The notes under the pieces were generated by a model. It was not told the origin of the DNA, ran no database searches, and saw only the letters and a program-made list of their open reading frames with translations. This document shows, in pieces, positions 53,901 to 64,000 of a stretch of DNA of 64,000 nucleotides. The translations under genes and the position numbers were made by a program. Each line of letters begins with the position of its first letter. The first letter of the stretch is position 1. Where the stretch lies: contig NC_087437.1 in NCBI RefSeq assembly GCF_036321535.1, forward strand, positions 97,032,001 to 97,096,000, written 5' to 3'. This DNA is from Camelus dromedarius. Its lineage: Eukaryota.

Positions 53901-54549
53901 CCAAAGGGAGGTCTCCTAATAAAATCCCAGCTCAGGAGCGGAATGCAGGAAGAGCTTAGATACTCGAACCAGCCTGCTCAGTTAGCCTTCTGTGTCGGTG
54001 GCCTCTGCAGGTGGCCCCAGACAGAGCCCATACAGAGAGCCCAAGGATGAGGCCCAAAGCAAGGCATCTCAGGCCTGAGAACAGGTTCCGACTGACAAAG
54101 ACAATGAGTGGGGTTTGTTTTTGAGGGCCTTTGACATGTTTGTGTCACATATAATTTCATTTTCATATCAGCTGATTAAGGGAGGTAGTATTATGTTTAT
54201 TGTGTTTATTTTTTGTTTGCAAAAACAGGCTCATAGTTGTTTTTTGGGTTTTTTTTTTTTTTTTTTGGTAACTTAACCAAAATCCTACCTTTTCTTGGAA
54301 AGAGCAATAAAAACTTATGCCGTATTTTATCAGCTTCCAAAGGTCATACATAAGGCTCCAGCTGACCTCCATCTGGTCTTAACAGGTAGGTAAATTAGAC
54401 ATGAAATCCCCCTTCAAAACCCAAAAGTTTAAGTAAATAATTTCTAAATCATTAAGGTAAAATTCTATTCTTTCTTATACAATATTTACAGTATGGCATA
54501 CTTGATAGAGTTTTTTTGTGGAAATAGTTGTGGAAGCTGTTTAAATAAT

Positions 54550-55760
54550 TTATTCATCCCTTCGAAAGACCTTTATTGAACCAGAAACACTACAGATTTA
54601 GTAAAAAAAAAAAGTTCTCAGATTTCATGGTACTTACAGTTACAGAGGAAAGACAGTAATTTAAAAATAAAAGCATAAATAAACAAAGCTGCAAACTTTG
54701 AGAAAACCATATGACACAAAAGACTAGGATGTTTTATACAGTGTACTAGAGAAACGTTACTCTAACTGGGGACAGACAGTCCATGGCGAAGCTGTTCTCT
54801 TTCATTATAGTTAACGATAAGAAGCCAATGGAAGGATTTTGCACAGGAAAGTAATACACTCCTATTTTTATTTGTAAAAGATTACTCAGGCTGTTTGTGG
54901 ACAAAGGATCAAAGGGAGTAGGTAGCAGAATAAGGAAGAGAGGGGAGGAAGCAATTTGCAATTGTCCAGGAATAAGTAACAAGATTAAAGTAAGGTGCGA
55001 AGAATGACGCCAGAGAGACTTGGATGGGTTTCAAGAGAGGTTTTGTAGGGAAAATGCTAGGCTACAGTGATGGATATTAAATGAGTCAAGGAGAGTGACC
55101 ACAGGCAGATGATGTTTGTTCCGGCCGTAGTAAGTAGGGAAGTGTCATTTACTAAAATGAAGAAGGTTGCAGAAGTGGCAAGTTTAGGGGAAAAGAGCAG
55201 TAGTTTGGGCTTAAATGTTGGGTGTGATATGTCTCTTCAGTATTTAGTTGTAAATACTGAGAAGGCTATTGAATCTTTTAGTCTGAAGCTTGGAAAAAGA
55301 AAATGGAAGCAACCATAGATGGCTGATATGTGAAGTGATGGGACTCCTGAGATTGCTAGGGTAAGCAGATGTCTTGAGAAGGGAGGAAGGGGCCAGCAAG
55401 GAAGACAGAGGACAGGCAGAGAGAGAGAATAATAAGGTGCTGTGGGGGCCAAGACAGACAGAACATCAACCATGTAAGATGCAGCTGGGAGGTCATGGAC
55501 GATGATGACTGAACAGTCCACGCTAAACATGACAACAAAGAGGTTTCCAATGACCTCAACAACAGCAACTTCGGTGAAATGGCATTGGGAGTAGGGACAG
55601 AGGATAGAACAGTGAGTGGGAGGTGAAAAGTGAAGCCAGCCTGTGTAGACAACTTTGATTTAAGCTTGGTTGGAAAGGATAGTACACATACGGGAGAGTA
55701 ATGTGAAACTGGGGTTTAATCGAATGATGCATACATACTACAGCATTTTTTGAATGCTAA
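54550..55760 (-). mobile_element. L2 LINE fragment
   Basis: gaagccaatggaaggattttgcacagg...aagattactcaggctg; tccaatgacctcaacaacagcaacttcggtgaaatgg; gtagacaactttg. Confidence 0.8.
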
Positions 55761-55774
55761 TGGGAAGGATTCAG

Positions 55775-56030
55775 TAATAATAAAAAGTAACAGCAATCAA
55801 TGTTTGAGTCTGCACTATGTGCTAGGAATTGTTCTAGGTGTTCACCTATACAGCTTTATTTCATACTCGTGACAATCCTCCGAAATAGTTACTGCTATTT
55901 TACATTTATGGACACGGGAACTGGGGCACAGAAAGGTGGACTTGTCCAAGGTCTCAAGCTGGTTAAGTGACAGAGTCAGGATTTAAACAGGCTCACTCTA
56001 GTTTTGGCTCTTAATATTCTACAATACATT
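55775..56030 (-). mobile_element. MIR SINE
   Basis: cactatgtgctagg..ttgttctagg...ggaactggggcacagaaagg..gacttgtccaaggtc...gtgacagagtcaggatttaaac. Confidence 0.88.
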
Positions 56031-56601
56031 TGTTTCTCAAGTAGAGAGAAAAAGTTGGAAGTTCAGGAGAGAGAGGAAACACCTGAGGAAGTGCATGGGA
56101 AGGCGGGATGAAAGCGCCATCTAAAACAAAGGTGGAGGACTGGGCATTTTTAAACAAAGGGCTGTTCTTTGCTGGGTTTGGAGATGCCTTAATGAGCCAG
56201 GACTGACTTATTATATCTCATCAACCATGATGCAATAAATCCTCAGATAATAACAATGGTGGTAATCATTTCTTTTGAGGAAAAAATGGATTATGATGAA
56301 GCTTAAGATTCCCTAAATAAGTACTCAAGAATTTCACTTCCAACATCCAAGTAGTACACTTCAGAAACTGAAACCCTCAACCCAGATGTCTTCCCCAGTA
56401 CTCCTAGTAAGTGTTAAATTGCTTCTAATTTGATTTAGTACAAAAGCGATTATGTGGTGTTGCTGGCTCCATTTCAGGTGTGGCTGAAGCACATATAAAG
56501 TGCTTTTGGATATGCTAACAACTCAACAGTGTTAATTAAAGGCAATAATATGCTTGGCTCTTTGATATGGAAGGTTCTTGCTGGGAGGTGTAAACATTGA
56601 A

Positions 56602-56603
<2 letters not shown>

Positions 56604-56649
<46 letters not shown>
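56604..56649. repeat. Perfect (CA)n microsatellite, about 23 units
   Basis: Direct reading. Confidence 0.97.
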
Positions 56650-56651
<2 letters not shown>

Positions 56652-57519
56652 AAGCTGAATTTTGAGAATTTGCCTGGTTTCCATTCAGCAGAATTTGTTG
56701 GTTTCCATTGTGAAGCCATGTAATCTCCTGTTTTACAAAAATAAAATTCTTATGAATTTCCATGCAATTCTTATGTCTCCCAATTTATGGGGAAGATGAG
56801 TATGGAGGGTAGGGGGTGGATTAGAAAGAAAATCTCATAATCGATAAATAATTTTTCTGGCAATCTTGGCTAAACCCCACTATTTCTTTTATAATGAGTT
56901 ATCTTTTTTAAGTTAAAAAAAGGTACCATGTAGTAATATATAAAGATAAATAGCATACATGAAGCTTGTTAATTAATTATACTCTCATTATAGACGAAAC
57001 CTCTAAAAGATAATCCCATTCAGGAGAGAATTATACTAATGTTTTGTTAGAAAGGATAACAATAGACTGCTTTCTATCTCCCTGGGATGGATAGAAAGAA
57101 ATGATGTTTAATCTCCTTTTCCTACACCCACCCTCCTCCTTTCTTCCCTCTACTCCTTTCTTTCAAGATTACTGCAGATTAACAAGGTGCAGTAGTCCCA
57201 GAAATGTGAAAAATGTCAATTTCCTATTTATTGTTAATTATTCTTGGAGAATAATTATCAAAGAATTGTTATAGAATTTTAAAGAGAAGAAAAAATTACT
57301 CCAGTGTTCTACATAATATAATCCCTAAAATATATATTTGGGGAATTTTTATCCAAAAGTAGATTCCCATAACTTCTTTGGGGACACTAAAATAGATTGG
57401 AATATGATCAGCATAATCTATTAATCCCTAAATTCCAAAGGAAATAATATGGAAATTCTTGATGTTTTAAGTTCCTTCCATCCTTACATTTTTGTTTGTT
57501 TGTTTTTTTCCCTTTTAAA

Positions 57520-57845
57520 AAAAATCAAAGTATAGTTGATTTACAATATTGTGTTAGTTTCTGGTATACAGCATAGTGATTCAGTTATATATATATATAT
57601 GTATATGTGTATATATGTATATGTGTATATATGTATATGTGTATATACATGTGTGTATATATATATACACACACACGCATGTGCACACACACACACATCC
57701 TTTTTCATATTCTTTTTCATTATAGGTTATTATCAGGTTTTGAATATGGTTCCTTGTGCTATCCGTAGGGCCTTGTTGTTTATCTATTTTAGCAATAATA
57801 GTTTGTATCTGCTAATCTCAAACTCCTAATTTACCCCTCCCTCCA
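57520..57845 (-). mobile_element. Artiodactyl-type L1 3' UTR with expanded TA/TG microsatellite
   Basis: aagtatagttgatttacaatattgtgttagtttctggtatacagcatagtgattcagttata...ttataggttattat...aactcctaattta. Confidence 0.92.
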
Positions 57846-58989
57846 ATCAATGGAGGTTTTAAAAGTATCCACTCACAAAAATTGAAAATAATATTCAATT
57901 ATAAGAAATAAAATTGAAGAAAGAAGGAATATTTGGTGGATACAATGTGAAGGAAAACCAGAAACACTAAAGAATTAGATCAGGCCTAAAGAATAAGATT
58001 TACTAAGAAATTAAGAGCAAATTGCTTAATCACATTTCTGTTGGAATCTTCCTGCCAAGACAACCCCCTCATGCAATAAGGACCATTTCACAAGACAGCA
58101 CCTCCCTGATTCCCACTTGTTCCAGGGAATTGAACATTAAACAACTCTTCTTCTTTTGAAATATCCCCAAATTGCTTGCTTGCCCTCTTTGCAGTCAACC
58201 AAAGACTGCTGAACGTTCCTGAAGCTTCACCAGAAAGTCTCTCCCTGCTTCCAAACTTTCTGTCTTAACAGAATGCTTGCCAATCAGGGACCCTCTTGGT
58301 GTTTCCTCTTTTTACTCTATAAAACCAATTCTCCTTTCTAATGTCTTTTACAGATAAATGGTAGAATGTCTTGCTTGAGGTCATATGAACTATTTCAAAA
58401 TCTAATTTAGGGCTTTGATCTCTAATCCCTTCTAAATATTTTAATGTATAGACCCACCTAGATGTTTTATCTGAGTTATTAATTCCAACCAAATCAAATA
58501 GAACTAATGTCATAGAATTGACTATTCTAGATACCACTGTGGACCAAGATAGAAAGCAGTGAAGAGAGAGCACGTCTGACTCCCAGGCTGATCCCTAGAC
58601 CTGAGGTGAGCATCCTGCCGACACTACAACTATTTGAAAAGGATTTCATTCCACAATTTGAACAGATGAGCATTAAAACCCAAAGGCAGAATTGAGTCAA
58701 TAGTTTAACATGAAAAACGTCAAAGTCAGTTCATGGTAAATGATTTTTCAAACTCTGATAACATGTGTGTCTGCACATCTGTGCACATACAGGCATATAA
58801 AAGAGAAACGGAAGAGGGAGAGATTGAAGGGAGGGAAATACTGGAGTTCCCTAAGAAAAGGGGAAGGAGATGAGAAATCCTGGGGTAGATGAATGAAGGG
58901 AGAGGGTGTCGCTGAGGGGGAAACTGTACCTAGAGAAAACAGGAAATGATCTTGAAAACAAATAATCAGTTTAGAAAATTTTAATTTTT

Positions 58990-59610
58990 CTCTTAAGGTT
59001 GGTTGTGTCTCTTTTTAGCCCCTGGCCTCTTGCTTTGGTCTGGTCACTGGATGCCCTCCTGCTGGCTGCTGTTACAGGCCTTTCAAGTCATCCTCCATCC
59101 TGCAGCTGGGGCATTCTCTCTAAAAGCTCGAACCTGACCATGTATCTTCCTTGTTCAAAGCCTCTTTTAATGCCTCTTTCCCAATTGCTTTTAGCATAAA
59201 TCTACTTCCGGCCTAGCATCTCACCAGCACCCTCTTCCTCTCCCCAAATTCTACCTTGCTCCCTCTTGCTTCTGGGTCTCTGTACCTGCTGCATTCCCTG
59301 CTTAGAATAACAGCTTCCCCCTTTTGCCATTTCCTCCCCTAACTAATCCCTACTATTCTTCTCAGTTTACTGCTTAGAAACCTCCTTCTGGAGAGCCTCT
59401 GACAGCCACCTCCCTGCAGGTATCCTAAGTGATCCAACAGCATCGTCTGCTTCCAAGCTTTATATGGCACCTGATTGTACCTGCCTGTTTCCTTGTCTGT
59501 AAGACCTCCTAGACTGTGAGCCATCTGATACCATGGTTTGCTTTCCAGCTCACTCCTCATTATATAACTAATACCTGGCAGAGTCCATAGTGTGTATTAA
59601 CTAGTTAGTA
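58990..59610 (+). mobile_element. L2 3' fragment
   Basis: tctctctaaaag..ctgaccatgt; cctgctgcattccctgcttagaat; ctagactgtgagcc; tacctggca. Confidence 0.75.
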
Positions 59611-61164
59611 AATATTAAGCTAATAAATTAATACTTTTGAAAGTGATTTAGGTGAACTGAAAAATAAGAAAGAAATAATACATAAAGAATAAAGAGTTTC
59701 AAATCTGTTTTTTAAAAAATGGGAGTTAAAAATAAAGTCACATCCTCAACTAGCTTTTGAAAGCTTTTAAGACCTCAGTAAAGTGTAGCCTTCCTGATTA
59801 TACCAATAATACACAGATGATATGTGGTCCACTGACAAAAATAGAAGGCGTTGAGCAGCTAGAAAATTAGATTAAAACAGAACAAACTGATTGGATTTAA
59901 AGATTATACAGGGTCACAGTCTCAAGATTCTTGCACTGTAGGGAGTATTATATCATCCGTAAATCTATCCTCCATGTAAAGAAGTACATGAGTGATGTGA
60001 GCCAGGCTGATACAGCTGCTGCTCAAATGTTCTAAGAAGAGTTCCCATCAGTACACGATGCACTAATGCATGCTGTTGCATATTATTTATATGCTACATT
60101 TGCGTTTACTTAGTAATTCAAAAGGGAATTAACATGGAGCATGCTGTTTGTCGTGACAGGTAATTTTCAAATATAAGAATTCTTCCACTCAAATATAATC
60201 CATACACAGATTAAGAATGACTGTACAGTTAACACACATACGGTATATTCTTAAGCAGTAGAATTCTAATTAGATGCCCCTAAATACTTATAAACTCCAT
60301 TTTATCCTGAAATTCTTATCACTAATATATTCATTTGAATGAATTATAAATTCTTCCACTTGTATTGAGAATTTGAAAATATCTCATCTAAAAAAAGTGT
60401 AGCATATTCTAGGTAAAATGAGAAGTGGTCATTAAAATCCTTTCATGAACATGCACACACACACATATACACACACCCCAAACCTAAAAACTCAACTAAA
60501 TTAAATTTTCTCAGAAATTTTATAGAAGAGTTTATTGTAGGATTGGTTTATGACTGACAATTTCCTAGTTAAAATATGAATTTTAAAGTAACTACTTTAG
60601 CATACTAATTTGGGTTGGACAAGTGAGTTATAGATATGACCATAAAATAAATATTTATTTAACCTTTCAAAACAAAAATAAAAGGTGAATTGTCTGCTCT
60701 CTATAGAGAACATCTTACATTTATTGTTTCAAGGTGGGGGGAGATCCCTCTCAAACTTTTTGTCTGTTATACTCTTTTACCTTCAAAGAAACAAAGATAT
60801 CTGCCTATGACAAATAACATATCATTTTATAATTTCCTGCTGTCCAGTTTGACTATTTTAAATGATAATATAATTACCATGGTTATTACAGAATATCATG
60901 AAAATACATGGTTAATTGTTTTAATATGACTATGGAACTTAGACATATTACTTTGAGTGCTCAAAAGTAAAGCATTGTTTACTAACTAGAAATATTTTAA
61001 AGTAATACAAATAATTATTTTATAGAAGTAGGAGAGAAGCAAATATAGGGGTTTACCTTGAAGAATTTTCCATTTTTTAAATGACCTTCTATATTATATT
61101 ACATATTAAAAATATATAGAAATGTGAAAAAAAGGGAAATTATTAAAGGTGAGTTGACAAAAAA

Positions 61165-61312
61165 GGTTGGTCCTTGGACCAGCAGAATTGGCAGCACCTG
61201 GGAGCTTATGAGAAATGTAGAATCTCCTGGTGTCACTCTAGACATACTAAATTAGAATTTGCATGGTAACAAGATTCCCTGGAGATCTGTATACACACTA
61301 AAGTTTGAGAAG
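61165..61312. mobile_element. hAT-Charlie MER5A
   Basis: ggtccttggaccagcag..ttggcagcacctgggagctt..gaaatgtagaatctc...taacaagattccctggagat...aaagtttgagaa. Confidence 0.88.
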
Positions 61313-61859
61313 ACATATTCTATTACACAGGTGTATATAATTCATTTCTCCTTGAAGCCCTAGGAGCACAGCTCATATTCATAATATTTTTCTATGATAG
61401 GAAGGTGGTATGTTTTAACTTTACAGACAGAAAAATAGTGTGCATCAGGGATGTGATTAGCCACATATTCACTGTCAGTAATGATAAATTTGTTGATGAT
61501 CAATCAATATTTAAATGATTTCTTTATATTATTCCATAACTTGAAGCTATAAAGGGAATGCGGTTTTAGGTAATAAAGACAGACTCTTGCTAGTATCGAG
61601 TTTTTATGCACTTAGAAGTTGTATGCTATTTAAAGAGAACAATCTCCAGAATGAGTTTACTTTCTATGTTTTTTTCTTATTATTTTACTATCGGTAATTA
61701 GGGCTTTATAAGTCTATGTGATTGCATAATAAAAGAACCTCTGTACTTTTTTACTCTCTATATTTTACTGGTGATCAATTCCCTGACTTTATTATATTAC
61801 CCATCCCCCTAGTCTGAATAATTTTGTCATTTTTATAAGTTTAATTGATTCATTTCATT

Positions 61860-62210
61860 GCTTTTCATGCCTAATTCTAATAAACAAATATTTATTATTC
61901 TACATTTGCTAAGGCAAAGCTCAGTGTGGGGAATGGTTTGTATTAAATGATGAACAAGATACAATCTCTGCTCTCAAATACACGCCAGTTCATCAGGGGA
62001 GTTAACTCATATACACAAATAATCATGATTAGTTTCAATGACGAAGAGAGTGCTATGGGACACAGAGAGCAGTCACTTCTGATTTGTGGAATTAGTTAAG
62101 ACTCCCTGAAGAAGAAAGCATTTAAAACTAGGCCGAGGAGGCTGGCTGGGTAATAATAAGAGGATAAGCTTTTAAAGGGCATTTTGTTTGTGAAGAGAGC
62201 AAGAATATCT
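61860..62210 (-). mobile_element. L2 3' fragment
   Basis: aacaaatatttatt...gatgaacaagatacaatctctgctctca...gtgctatgggacacagag. Confidence 0.7.
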
Positions 62211-62644
62211 CCATGTGGTGGATTTTTACAAAAATGTCCAGGAATTAAGTAATCAAATAATTTTTAAAGCACTTACTTAGCTACTTGTACTGAAGTATAG
62301 AAAGTTAAAAAAAAAGACTCATAAAAAATATATATAATGAGTTCCTGCAGAAGATTAAAAAATAAATTAATTAATGAGGGAAGTAGCAAGATGATAAAGC
62401 AATTTTAAAGAATAAAATAGTCTGCTTAAAATCAAGTCAGTGGGAAAAAACATCTCAGGGATAATGTTGCAAAATTAGATACAAAATTGGTTAACATTAT
62501 ACAGGGCAATAAATATGTAACATTTGAGGTTATCTTTTCCAGTGGCCAGAAATCATGCTTTACTTATCAATCTTCTAAAATGTAATATCTAACTTTACAG
62601 TCTGGTTTTAATCAATAGTAAATGAAACAACGTTACAATTCCCT

Positions 62645-63403
62645 GTACATTGGTGAAACCACTATGGAAAACAGCATGGAGGTTCCTTAAAAAATGAAAA
62701 ATAGAGTTGGCATATGATCCAGCAACCCCAATCCTGGGCATATATCTGGAGAAAACCCTAATTCAAAAGGATACATACCCCGTAATGTTCATAGTACTAT
62801 TTGCAATAGCCAGGACATGAAAGCAACATAAATGTCCATCAATACATGAATGGATAAAGAAGTGGGGCGTGTGTGTGTGTATGTTTGTGTGTGTGCGCGC
62901 GTATATTTGTGTGTGTGTGCGCGTGTATGTTATGGAATATTACTCAGCCATAAAAAAGAATAAAGTAATGCTATGTGCTGCAACATGGATGGACCTATAG
63001 ATGATCATACTGAGTGAAGTGTCAGAGAAAGACAAATACCATATGATATCACTTACATATGGAATTTAAAATATGATACAAATCAACTTATTTACAAAAC
63101 AGAAACAGACTGACAGACTTAGAAAACAAACTTATGGTTACCAAAGGGGAAAGGGGGTCTGGAAGGGATAAATTTGGAGTTTGGAATTAGCAGATACAAA
63201 CTATCAAATAAAATAGATAAACAACAAGGTCTTACTGTGTAGCACAGGGAACTATATTTAATATCTTTTAATAAACCACAATGGAAAAGAATATGAAAAA
63301 GTATATATATATATATATATATTCATATATATATATATGAATCACCTTGCTGTACACCAGAAACTAATACAACATTGTAAATCAACTCTACTTCAATTAA
63401 AAA
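62645..63403 (+). mobile_element. 5'-truncated artiodactyl-type L1 with TSD
   Basis: ccactatggaaaacagcatggaggttcctt...aaacaaacttatggttaccaaagggg...caacattgtaaatcaactctacttcaattaaaa. TSD gttacaattYcct at 62632-62644 and 63409-63421. Confidence 0.95.
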
Positions 63404-63469
63404 CAGAAGTTACAATTTCCTAGGACTCCAGGTGACTCTTAGGTGGAGTGTTTGATAATTCTCTGGTAG

Positions 63470-63670
63470 AATTTCAAAAGGGCACTTCTAGATAACTTTT
63501 ACATTGATTTGTCAACACAACCCAGTGAAATAGCTATTATCATACCCAGTTTGTAGAGGAAACTGAGTTTTAGAAATATTAGTCAAATTACCCAAATTAC
63601 ATAGCTGATACGGGGCAAAAAATTAGATCTTAATCCAGATTTGTTTGATTTCAAAGTCGTAGCCTTTGAA
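63470..63670 (-). mobile_element. MIR SINE
   Basis: ctattatcatacccagtttgtagaggaaactgag...cccaaattacatagct. Confidence 0.75.
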
Positions 63671-64000
63671 CTATACAGTAAGAACAAACTTATTCTGTCC
63701 CAGGCAATATCTAAGTTCTAAACTAATTAAATTAATTCAATACTTCAACAAAACAGACAACCCTGCACCCCCAAACAAAAATAAAAACATGAATTTGGTG
63801 GATTCTTACTGCACAAATGAAGAAAGTGGTCCAAAGGAGCAGGAGGAAGAAGGGAGGGTGGGCAGCAGTGCTGAAAGACCTGGGACTCAGACTTCTAAGA
63901 CTGCATAGTGTTGTTCAAGGAATAACAGACTCCACTGTGTCCTGAGGGTAGGACAGACAACACTGTGGAATCAGGTGGTGTGGAGCAAGAGGCTGCTCAC

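Overview
This is AT-rich, CpG-depleted mammalian genomic DNA with an intron or intergenic character. There is no prokaryotic content, CRISPR array or RNA gene. It is most likely a cetartiodactyl and probably a camelid: artiodactyl-type L1 3' ends are present, but I saw no Bov-A/CHR/PRE-1/Alu/B1/Can SINEs. Most of the window is old interspersed repeats (MIR, L2, L1, MaLR/ERVL LTRs, hAT/Tigger MERs) and microsatellites, and nearly all ORFs in the supplied track are chance or repeat-derived. Three structures are well supported: (1) a full-length processed RPL32 pseudogene (46561-47078) with 5' TOP tract, poly(A), TSD and a 1-bp frameshift; (2) a three-level nested insertion, with an ERV1-type solo LTR inside an opposite-strand solo LTR inside an L2, and both 4-bp TSDs intact (23788-24852); (3) several L1 3' ends with TSDs. 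The most interesting unexplained signal is a set of short minus-strand segments with good splice signals (26835-26898, 12193-12308, 8485-8526). They join in compatible phases into the 3' end of a reading frame I could not assign to a gene. Repeat family names come from recalled consensus resemblance, not a database search, and repeat boundaries are approximate unless a TSD is quoted. I found no convincing evidence of a new biological system.
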